A stretch of 64,000 nt of DNA from assembly GCA_018266955.1 (NCBI GenBank), contig JAFDZI010000014.1, positions 662 to 64,661 on the forward strand, in the 5' to 3' direction. Below are positions 10,833 to 18,777 of the stretch, piece by piece; position 1 is the stretch's first letter, and the number at the start of each line of letters is the position of its first letter. Source of the stretch: Bacteroidota bacterium (GTDB lineage Bacteria > Bacteroidota > Bacteroidia > Flavobacteriales > Weeksellaceae). Below the pieces are notes generated by a model, which ran no database searches, was not told the origin of the DNA, and saw nothing but the letters and a program-made list of their open reading frames with translations. A program made the translations under genes and the position numbers.

Positions 10833-11198
10833 ATGAGAAAACTTAAATTCTTCTTTATCGGATTTATTCCGGGGCTTATATTGGTTTTATTTATTCTTAA
10901 TAAGAAAGGAGCTAGCTGCTCTTACTTTCCCAATGACAGGGTAAGAGCCGAAACCGCTACCAAAAAATTTGTATTTTCTACAGAGTTTCAACAGGCAATG
11001 CAAGAAAATAAAATAGACGAAAAATTTATTAAAGATTCTATATTGGTGAATGGAACAATCGATTTCGATAAAAGTAAAGCCCAAGCTGAACCATGCGCAG
11101 AATATTTACTGCTCTATCCCAAGAAAAATCCTCGCTTGGAAATTTATTACGGAAAATGTAAAGACGAAGCATTATTCAAAACCATGAAAAAGTTATAG
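10833..11198 (+). CDS. hypothetical membrane-anchored protein
   Basis: ORF with an N-terminal TM helix (FFFIGFIPGLILVLFIL). No recognisable catalytic motif. Confidence 0.45.
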   Translation: MRKLKFFFIGFIPGLILVLFILNKKGASCSYFPNDRVRAETATKKFVFSTEFQQAMQENKIDEKFIKDSILVNGTIDFDKSKAQAEPCAEYLLLYPKKNPRLEIYYGKCKDEALFKTMKKL

Positions 11199-11202
11199 TC
11201 AA

Positions 11203-11240
11203 ACAAAAAAAACGCTTCAATCTGGTTGAAGCGTTTTTAT
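11203..11240. terminator. bidirectional Rho-independent terminator (shared by orf121 and ffh)
   Basis: AACGCTTCAA / TTGAAGCGTT 10-bp stem, flanked by an A-run upstream and a T-run downstream. Confidence 0.75.
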
Positions 11241-11267
11241 TTCGGTGAACTTTGAAAGTTGTGCTTG

Positions 11268-11310
11268 CTTTCTCTTTTCTCTTTTCTCTTTTCTCTTTTC
11301 TCTTTCTTCT
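11268..11310. repeat. heptanucleotide microsatellite (TCTCTTT)x5
   Basis: Five perfect tandem copies counted at 11271-11305, plus partial units on both sides. Lies directly 3' of the ffh stop codon (11313-11315). Confidence 0.95.
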
Positions 11311-11312
11311 AA

Positions 11313-12680
11313 TTATCTTCCGAAAAGATTGCCACCCATCCCCGGCATATTTGGCATTCCTTTGCTCATCATCTGCATCAGTTGCTTGCCTTGCGGTCCT
11401 TGCATTACCTTCATCATTTTGCCCATTTGTTCAAATTGCTTCATCAATTGGTTTACCTCTTCAATTTTTCTACCACTACCTTTGGCAATTCTATTTTTTC
11501 TTTGGGTGTTAATGATGGATGGTTTTCTTCTTTCATCTGGTGTCATGGAGTGGATGATGGCTTCAATATGCTTGAAAGAATCGTCGCTAATGTCCACATC
11601 TTTAATGGCTTTGCCCACACCTGGAATCATTCCCATGAGGTCCTTCATGTTCCCCATCTTTTTTATTTGTTGAATTTGTTTTAGGAAATCATCAAATCCA
11701 AATTCGTTTTTTGCAATTTTTTTGTGGAGTTTTCTAGCTTCTTCTTCATCAAATTGTTCCTGAGCTCTCTCTACTAAGGAAACTACATCTCCCATTCCTA
11801 GGATTCTGTCGGCCATCCTTTCCGGATAGAAGAGATCCAAGGCATCCATTTTTTCTCCAGTAGAGATAAATTTAATCGGTTTTTCAACTACCGAACGCAC
11901 GGTAAGTGCAGCACCACCACGGGTATCTCCGTCCAATTTGGTAAGAACCACACCGTTGTAATCCAAAACATGATTAAAGGCCAATGCGGTATTCACGGCA
12001 TCTTGCCCAGTCATTGCATCTACGACAAATAAGGTTTCGTGAGGATTTATTGCTTGATGCACTCTTAGGATTTCGTTCATCATTTCCTCGTCTATAGCCA
12101 AACGCCCCGCGGTATCTATGATAACGACATCGTGGTTGTTTTTTTGAGCAAACTGAATGGCGTTTTGAGAAATTTCAACCGGATTTTTATTTTCAGTTTC
12201 TTTATAAATGTTTACCCCTACTTGTTCAGAAAGCACCGTTAATTGGTCGATGGCGGCTGGTCTATATACATCACATGCAACCAATAGAGGTTTTTTGCTT
12301 CTTTTTTGTTTAAGATAATTAGCAAGTTTTCCTGAAAAAGTTGTTTTACCAGAACCTTGTAAACCAGCAATTAAGATAATGGTTGGTTTTCCTGAAAGGT
12401 TGATTCCTTCTTGGCTTCCCCCCATTAAATCCACCAATTCGTCGTGAACAATTTTGGTCATTAATTGTCCTGGTGTAAGGCTTGTTAATACATTCTGGCC
12501 AATGGCTTTGTCCTGTACTCTTTTGGTAAGGTCTTTGGCTACTTTATAATTTACATCGGCATCTACCAATGCTCTTCGGATTTCTTTAACGGTTTCCGCA
12601 ACATTTATTTCAGTAATTTTTCCACGCCCCGAAAGGTTGTGTATCGCCTTGTCTAATTTATCTTGTAAACTATTGAACAT
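11313..12680 (-). CDS. ffh: signal recognition particle protein Ffh (SRP54)
   Basis: GLQGSGKTTFSGKLA, DTAGR and TKLDGD GTPase motifs. Met-rich M-domain at the C-terminus. Confidence 0.95.
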   Translation of the reverse strand: MFNSLQDKLDKAIHNLSGRGKITEINVAETVKEIRRALVDADVNYKVAKDLTKRVQDKAIGQNVLTSLTPGQLMTKIVHDELVDLMGGSQEGINLSGKPTIILIAGLQGSGKTTFSGKLANYLKQKRSKKPLLVACDVYRPAAIDQLTVLSEQVGVNIYKETENKNPVEISQNAIQFAQKNNHDVVIIDTAGRLAIDEEMMNEILRVHQAINPHETLFVVDAMTGQDAVNTALAFNHVLDYNGVVLTKLDGDTRGGAALTVRSVVEKPIKFISTGEKMDALDLFYPERMADRILGMGDVVSLVERAQEQFDEEEARKLHKKIAKNEFGFDDFLKQIQQIKKMGNMKDLMGMIPGVGKAIKDVDISDDSFKHIEAIIHSMTPDERRKPSIINTQRKNRIAKGSGRKIEEVNQLMKQFEQMGKMMKVMQGPQGKQLMQMMSKGMPNMPGMGGNLFGR

Positions 12681-12917
12681 ATTATTTATTTATGAAGCGC
12701 AAAAATAAGAATTTTTTATGAAATCACCATTAACAAATTGTTCTGCAAACGAATGCAAATGAAGATGAGCGATAGCTTATGATCAATTTAAAATATTAAG
12801 CTTCAATTACGAAAATGGCACACAAGCAATTTCTATTTTGTTGAAGTAAGAAAAGTTAATTTTTCATAGATTTTTTGTGAATTAAATTTCAATGGTCAGA
12901 AAATGAAAATATTGAAT

Positions 12918-12925
12918 TATTTTTG
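12918..12925 (+). promoter_or_regulatory. candidate Bacteroidota -7 promoter box (TATTTTTG) for the atp operon leader genes
   Basis: Matches TAnnTTTG, 17 nt upstream of the ATG at 12942. No clear -33 TTG was found. Confidence 0.3.
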
Positions 12926-12941
12926 CAAAAAAGAAAAAAGA

Positions 12942-13199
12942 ATGTCAGAAGATATAGACCAGTCTAATGATAAGCAGAAAAGGGAAGTGTCGCCCATGGC
13001 TCAGTATGGGAAGTATTCCGCTATTGTCACCCAAATGTTGGTTACAATGGCTTTTTCTTTTTGGGGTGGTAAAAAACTAAATGATTATTGGGGGATTTCT
13101 AATAATTTACTCACGATTGCTTTGGGGCTTTTGGGGATGTCTTTGGCTTTTTATAACTTATTACGACAATTAAATCAAATAGAGAAGAATGAAAAATAA
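12942..13199 (+). CDS. AtpZ/AtpI-like small membrane protein
   Basis: Two TM helices, located directly upstream of the atp genes. Start at MSED (12942) is preferred because the candidate -7 box lies inside the longer ORF (12903). Confidence 0.55.
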   Translation: MSEDIDQSNDKQKREVSPMAQYGKYSAIVTQMLVTMAFSFWGGKKLNDYWGISNNLLTIALGLLGMSLAFYNLLRQLNQIEKNEK

Positions 13200-13560
13200 T
13201 TTTTTATACATCGGATTGTATTTTTTGATGTTTGCTGTCCATTTCTTTTTGTTTCAGCATTGGGTAGGCTGTTGCGAAACAGAATTTATTAAGTATTATT
13301 TGTTTTTGAGTATCTTATTTATCATGGTGATTACCGTAATGTCTATTTTCAAAAATCTTTATCCTGAGTATTTAGGATTTGTTTTTATGGGTTTAGTTAT
13401 GTTAAAGTTGGCCATGATGTTCATTATTATGAATAAACTAAATTTAAGTAAAATACCACATTATAAATTTCATTTTATACTCCCGTATTTAATATCCTTA
13501 GCATTAGTCACACTGTATTCTGTAGGTTTAATCCAAAAAAGTGAAAAAAATCAGTCTTAG
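13189..13560 (+). CDS. hypothetical integral membrane protein in the atp operon leader
   Basis: Four predicted TM helices. Overlaps the upstream ORF by 11 nt. Confidence 0.5.
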   Translation: MKNNFLYIGLYFLMFAVHFFLFQHWVGCCETEFIKYYLFLSILFIMVITVMSIFKNLYPEYLGFVFMGLVMLKLAMMFIIMNKLNLSKIPHYKFHFILPYLISLALVTLYSVGLIQKSEKNQS

Positions 13561-13620
13561 TATATTTCATTATTTGAATAATTATAGTACTTTTGCAAAA
13601 CTTAAAAAAGAGAAGTATCA

Positions 13621-14730
13621 ATGCTTAAAAGAGTTGTCCTTTTAGTCGGATTTTTATCAACATTTTCACTTGCGGTAGCAAATGAAGGAGCCAATGCAGG
13701 TCATGAAGCGGTAGCAACTGCAGTTGTATCAGAGGCAGATCAAACCAAAAAAGAAAATCAAGAATTTATCAAGCATCACTTGATGGATGCGCATAGCTTT
13801 GATTTGATGGTTACCAAATCAGGAGAACATATTGGTTTTCCTTTGCCGGTTATTTTTTACGATCAGGAAAATGGAATTCATGCAATGATGAGTTCTGCAT
13901 TTCATCATGGTGAAGCGGTGGTAGAAAGCAAAGGTGCGCACTATAAATTGGTACACGAAAAAATTTATAAAACAGATGCTCAAGGGACGATTACTGAAGA
14001 TGAGCACCATCATCCAACCAATGAAAAAATGTTGGATTTGTCGATAACGAAAAGTGTTTTAATTATTTTGCTGACTTCATTTATCATGATTTGGATATTC
14101 GGATCAATGGCGAAGAGTTATAAAAAATCTTTGGTTCCTACTGGAGCAGCTAAGTTATTCGAACCTTTGGTGTTGTTTATTAGAGATGAAATTGCAAAAC
14201 CCAATATTGGGGCGAAACATGGTAAGTATTTAGGGTATTTATTAACGATATTCTTCTTTATTTTGTTCTTAAATGTTTTTGGTTTATCACCATTTGGGAT
14301 TAATGTAACAGGGAATATTGCAATCACTGCTGCTTTAGCTATGTTTACATTCCTTATTACGCAATTTACAGCCAATAAAAATTATTGGGGACATATTTTC
14401 TGGATGCCAGGATTGCCTTGGCCGATGAAAATAATCATGATGCCAATTGAATTGATGGGATTAATCATTAAGCCATTTGCGTTGCTTATTCGTCTTTTTG
14501 CGAATATGTCTGCTGGGCATGTTATTGTTATGTCGCTTATCGCAATGATTTATTTCTTCAAAAATGTAATTGCTGGTGTTGCATTTCCATTATTAACCTT
14601 AGTGTTGTATATGTTGGAAGTTTTGGTAGCATTTTTACAAGCGTACATCTTTACCATGCTATCTGCGGTGTATTTCGGTATGGCCAATGAGGAGCACGGG
14701 CACGAAGGTGAAGAAGGTGCTTTGCATTAA
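13621..14730 (+). CDS. atpB: F0F1 ATP synthase subunit a, with long His-rich N-terminal extension
   Basis: LIRLFANMSAGH contains the essential Arg motif. Operon context. Confidence 0.9.
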   Translation: MLKRVVLLVGFLSTFSLAVANEGANAGHEAVATAVVSEADQTKKENQEFIKHHLMDAHSFDLMVTKSGEHIGFPLPVIFYDQENGIHAMMSSAFHHGEAVVESKGAHYKLVHEKIYKTDAQGTITEDEHHHPTNEKMLDLSITKSVLIILLTSFIMIWIFGSMAKSYKKSLVPTGAAKLFEPLVLFIRDEIAKPNIGAKHGKYLGYLLTIFFFILFLNVFGLSPFGINVTGNIAITAALAMFTFLITQFTANKNYWGHIFWMPGLPWPMKIIMMPIELMGLIIKPFALLIRLFANMSAGHVIVMSLIAMIYFFKNVIAGVAFPLLTLVLYMLEVLVAFLQAYIFTMLSAVYFGMANEEHGHEGEEGALH

Positions 14731-14773
14731 GAATAAATAAAAACAAGAAAACTAATTTTTTAAATTATATATT

Positions 14774-14968
14774 ATGGAAATTCCAAAACTAGTAGGTGCA
14801 GGTTTAGTAGTAATCGGAGCTAGCTTAGGTATCGGTAAAATCGGTGCTGCAGCTCTTGAAGGTATGGCTCGTCAACCAGAGCAAACTGGAAAACTACAAA
14901 CAGCGATGCTTATTGCAGCTGCACTTGTTGAAGGTCTTGCGTTCGCGGCTTTATTTGCTGTAAACTAA
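14774..14968 (+). CDS. atpE: F0F1 ATP synthase subunit c
   Basis: 64-aa hairpin protein with ARQPE loop and the carboxylate in LVEGLAF. Confidence 0.92.
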   Translation: MEIPKLVGAGLVVIGASLGIGKIGAAALEGMARQPEQTGKLQTAMLIAAALVEGLAFAALFAVN

Positions 14969-14985
14969 TCGATCTTAAAACGGTT

Positions 14986-15028
14986 AACCACCAATCTACA
15001 ACGGTTGGTTGTCATTGGTGGTTTTTTT
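14986..15028 (+). terminator. strong hairpin plus T-run between atpE and atpF (intra-operon attenuator/terminator)
   Basis: AACCACCAAT (14986-14995) pairs with ATTGGTGGTT (15014-15023), then TTTTT. Confidence 0.6.
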
Positions 15029-15073
15029 AGAAAATTAATTAAAAAGAAATATTAAAGTATAACATAATTTATT

Positions 15074-15574
15074 ATGGGCGAGTTATTAGCACAATTTTCA
15101 TCAGGTTTGTTCATTATTCAAACAGTCATTTTTTTGGTATTATTATTTATATTGAAAAAATTTGCTTGGGGACCAATCGTAAATGCTTTAAATGAAAGAG
15201 AAGTATCTATTGTAGATGCGCTTAATCAAGCTAAATTAGCAAAACAAGAAGTTCAGAATTTGAAAACCGAAAACGAAAACATTATTCGTGAGGCTAAAAA
15301 TCAAAGAGATGCCATCTTGAAAGAAGCTAGAGAAATTAAAGAGAAAATCGTAAACGAAGCTAAAGAAACTGCAAAAGCTCAAGGTGATTTGTTGATAGAG
15401 CAAGCTAAAGCAAGCATTGTAGCAGAAAAAAATGCTGCAATGGCCGACATCAAATCTCAAATAGGTAGCTTATCTATTTCTATTGCAGAACAAATTTTAA
15501 AGCAAAAGTTAGATAATGCTGATGCTCAAAATGCTTTGGTAGAAAATATCCTTAACAAATCTAACTTAAACTAA
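15074..15574 (+). CDS. atpF: F0F1 ATP synthase subunit b
   Basis: One N-terminal TM helix followed by a long charged coiled coil. Operon position. Confidence 0.85.
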   Translation: MGELLAQFSSGLFIIQTVIFLVLLFILKKFAWGPIVNALNEREVSIVDALNQAKLAKQEVQNLKTENENIIREAKNQRDAILKEAREIKEKIVNEAKETAKAQGDLLIEQAKASIVAEKNAAMADIKSQIGSLSISIAEQILKQKLDNADAQNALVENILNKSNLN

Positions 15575-15575
15575 A

Positions 15576-16115
15576 ATGCTGACCTCTAAAGTAGCTAAAA
15601 GATATGCACAAGGTTTGTTGGAATTTACCACAGACACAGGGAATATCTCTACTGTTTTTGATGAAATGAAAGCAGTAGTTAAAATCATCGACTCTTCAAA
15701 AGAACTAAATGCTTTTTTTGCCACTCCTTTCATTGATGCAAAAAAGAAAGCCAGTGCTTCTGAACAAATTTTTTCTACCTTCTCTGAGGCCAGCAAGAAT
15801 TTTATTCAATTGGTAATCAAACAAGGAAGAGAAACTCAATTAAAAAATATAGCTCAGGAATTTATTTATAAAGTAGAAGACATACAAGGAGTACAAAGAA
15901 TTACGCTTACTACTGCAAGCGAATTGTCTCAAACTAACTTGGAAGGGATTCTGAAATCTACCCCTTTGTTTGATTCCAACAAAAAATATGATTTAGAAAC
16001 CATTATCAAACCCGAAATATTGGGTGGATATATTCTAAGAATTGGGGATCAACAAGTAGATGCTTCAGTAAAAACTAAACTGTCTAACTTAAGTAAAGAA
16101 TTTCAATTAAATTAA
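15576..16115 (+). CDS. atpH: F0F1 ATP synthase subunit delta
   Basis: VAKRYAQGL N-terminus and GGYILRIGDQQVDASV C-terminal motif. Operon position. Confidence 0.85.
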   Translation: MLTSKVAKRYAQGLLEFTTDTGNISTVFDEMKAVVKIIDSSKELNAFFATPFIDAKKKASASEQIFSTFSEASKNFIQLVIKQGRETQLKNIAQEFIYKVEDIQGVQRITLTTASELSQTNLEGILKSTPLFDSNKKYDLETIIKPEILGGYILRIGDQQVDASVKTKLSNLSKEFQLN

Positions 16116-16132
16116 GATAAAACAACCATACA

Positions 16133-17710
16133 ATGGCAGAAATAAATCCAGCTGAAGTATCAGCTATTTTAAAACAACAATTAGCCAATTTCGACACTCA
16201 AGCTAATGTGGAAGAGGTTGGAACAGTATTGACAATCGGAGACGGTATTGCTCGTGTTTACGGTTTAGACAAAGTACAATACGGAGAATTGGTAAAATTC
16301 AATTCAGGCGTAGAAGGTATCGTTTTGAACTTGGAAGAAGACAATGTAGGGGTGGCTCTTTTGGGAGAATCCAAATTAGTAAAAGAAGGTGATACAGTAA
16401 AAAGAACCAATAGAATTTCTTCCATCAAAGTGGGAGAAGGGATGTTGGGAAGAGTAGTAGATACTTTAGGTAACCCAATCGATGGTAAAGGTCCTATCAC
16501 TGGCGATTTGTATGAAATGCCTTTGGAAAGAAAAGCTCCTGGAGTTATCTTCAGACAGCCAGTAAATGAACCTCTACAAACAGGTATTGTGGCTATCGAT
16601 TCCATGATTCCGGTTGGAAGAGGACAAAGAGAGTTAATTATTGGGGATAGACAAACGGGTAAAACTACCGTGGCTATCGATACCATTCTTAACCAAAAAG
16701 AATTTTATGATGCAGGTCAACCAGTATATTGTATTTATGTAGCTATTGGTCAGAAAGCTTCTACTGTAGCTCAAATTGTAAAAACATTATCCGATAAAGG
16801 TGCTTTGGCATATACAGTAATTGTTGCGGCCAACGCTTCAGATCCAGTACCAATGCAAGTATATTCTGCAATGGCTGGTGCAGCTATTGGTGAGTTCTTC
16901 AGAGATACGGGAAGACCAGCACTTATCGTTTATGATGATTTGTCTAAACAAGCTGTTGCTTATCGTGAGCTTTCTCTATTGTTGAGAAGACCACCAGGTC
17001 GTGAGGCTTATCCTGGAGATGTATTCTACTTGCACTCTAGATTGTTAGAAAGAGCGGCAAAAGTGATTGCTGATGACGAAATTGCAAAGCAAATGAACGA
17101 TTTACCAGAATCCTTAAAACCAATCGTTAAAGGAGGTGGTTCATTAACAGCATTACCAATTATCGAAACTCAAGCGGGTGATGTATCTGCTTATATTCCT
17201 ACCAATGTAATTTCAATTACCGATGGACAAATTTTCTTAGAGTCAGATTTATTCAACTCTGGAGTTAGACCAGCGATTAATGTGGGTATCTCTGTATCTA
17301 GAGTTGGTGGTAACGCACAAATTAAATCCATGAAAAAAGTTTCTGGAACTTTAAAATTGGATCAAGCTCAGTATAAAGAATTGGAAGCATTTGCTAAATT
17401 CGGTTCAGACTTAGATGCGGCAACATTGTCCGTAATTTCTAAGGGTGAAAAGAATGTGGAAATCCTTAAGCAACCAGTAAACTCTCCATTGCCAGTAGAA
17501 AGCCAAGTAGCAATGGTATATGCAGGAACTGAAAATCTATTAAGAAATGTTCCTGTAGCTAAAGTTAAAGAATTTATGGTGGAATTTGTTGAGTTCTTAA
17601 AAACTAAACATCCAGACACCATGGCAGCCATTAAAGCAGGTAAAATTGACAACAATATTACCGATGTACTAAAAGCTGCTGCGACGGATATTGCTTCAAA
17701 ATTTAATTAA
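16133..17710 (+). CDS. atpA: F0F1 ATP synthase subunit alpha
   Basis: GDRQTGKT P-loop. Highly conserved alpha-subunit sequence throughout. Confidence 0.97.
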   Translation: MAEINPAEVSAILKQQLANFDTQANVEEVGTVLTIGDGIARVYGLDKVQYGELVKFNSGVEGIVLNLEEDNVGVALLGESKLVKEGDTVKRTNRISSIKVGEGMLGRVVDTLGNPIDGKGPITGDLYEMPLERKAPGVIFRQPVNEPLQTGIVAIDSMIPVGRGQRELIIGDRQTGKTTVAIDTILNQKEFYDAGQPVYCIYVAIGQKASTVAQIVKTLSDKGALAYTVIVAANASDPVPMQVYSAMAGAAIGEFFRDTGRPALIVYDDLSKQAVAYRELSLLLRRPPGREAYPGDVFYLHSRLLERAAKVIADDEIAKQMNDLPESLKPIVKGGGSLTALPIIETQAGDVSAYIPTNVISITDGQIFLESDLFNSGVRPAINVGISVSRVGGNAQIKSMKKVSGTLKLDQAQYKELEAFAKFGSDLDAATLSVISKGEKNVEILKQPVNSPLPVESQVAMVYAGTENLLRNVPVAKVKEFMVEFVEFLKTKHPDTMAAIKAGKIDNNITDVLKAAATDIASKFN

Positions 17711-17778
17711 TAAAACTCTGTTGTTCTTTTGGTGGAAGATATAAAAATTCCACCTAAAGATAACAATCACTAGATCAT

Positions 17779-18636
17779 ATGGCAAATTTAAAGGAAATAC
17801 GAGGAAGAATTACATCTATTAGCTCTACAATGCAGATTACCAGTGCAATGAAAATGGTATCTGCTGCTAAGTTGAAAAAAGCACAAGATGCCATTGTAAT
17901 GCTTCGTCCTTATTCTGAAAAATTACAAGAAATTATTGAAAACCTCAATGTAAACCCGGATCAAAATATTGCTTCTCCTTATGCTGTGCAAAGAGAAACA
18001 AAAAAAATCCTTTTTATAACCATCACTTCCAACAGAGGTTTGGCGGGTGCTTTCAACTCTTCTGTAATTAAAGAATTAAATCAAAGAATTTCTGAAAATC
18101 CTAATGCAGAAATTGAAATTCTTACTGTAGGGAAAAAAGCTTATGATGCTGTAAGAAAAAGTAGAACAGTTTTTGAAAACCAAAGTGCTGTATATGATTT
18201 CCTAAGCTTTGAAGCCGTAGCAAAATTTGTTTCTTCCGTGATGAGAAATTTCAGAGAAGGTAATTTCGATAAAGTATATTTAGTGTACAATAAATTCATC
18301 AATGCGGCAACGCAGGAAGTTCAAACAGAGCAATTATTGCCTATTGCTATGCCAGAACAAAACCAAGAGGTTGTCACTGAATATGTTTTCGAACCTAATG
18401 CAGAAGAAATCTTGAATGTTTTGATTCCTAAATCCATCAAAACTCAAGTTTATAAAGCTATATTGGATTCTGTTGCTTCCGAACATGGTGCTAGAATGAC
18501 CGCCATGCATAAAGCTACCGATAACGCTCAGGCTCTTAAAAATGATTTGGTTATTTATTATAATAAAGCCCGTCAAGCTGCAATTACCAACGAAATCTTG
18601 GAAATTGTATCAGGAGCTGAAGCACTAAAAAGCTAA
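17779..18636 (+). CDS. atpG: F0F1 ATP synthase subunit gamma
   Basis: MANLKEIRGRITSISSTMQITSAMKMVSAAKL N-terminus and ITNEILEIVSGAEAL C-terminus. Confidence 0.93.
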   Translation: MANLKEIRGRITSISSTMQITSAMKMVSAAKLKKAQDAIVMLRPYSEKLQEIIENLNVNPDQNIASPYAVQRETKKILFITITSNRGLAGAFNSSVIKELNQRISENPNAEIEILTVGKKAYDAVRKSRTVFENQSAVYDFLSFEAVAKFVSSVMRNFREGNFDKVYLVYNKFINAATQEVQTEQLLPIAMPEQNQEVVTEYVFEPNAEEILNVLIPKSIKTQVYKAILDSVASEHGARMTAMHKATDNAQALKNDLVIYYNKARQAAITNEILEIVSGAEALKS

Positions 18637-18664
18637 ATTCAATCTGAAAATTGAATATAAACAT

Positions 18665-18691
18665 AAGCATCGAATTTTTCGATGCTTTTTT
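18665..18691 (+). terminator. Rho-independent terminator after atpG
   Basis: AAGCATCGAA / TTCGATGCTT stem, then a T-run. Confidence 0.75.
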
Positions 18692-18777
18692 GTTTTACAA
18701 ATCAGTTACTTCTATTATTTTTTTACTTTATTTCCTTAAATTTGTAAGATTTCATTTTTAGAACACAACAGTATTCC

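Noticed and set aside
11245-11673. Two + strand ORFs (142 and 86 aa) starting at the microsatellite
   Set aside because: They are antisense to the well-supported ffh gene. Their FLFSLFSFLFS N-termini are translations of the TCTCTTT repeat.
13621-18636. atp operon lacks atpD and atpC and is followed by uvrA
   Set aside because: Separate location of the beta and epsilon genes is the usual arrangement in Bacteroidota as far as I recall, so it is not an anomaly.
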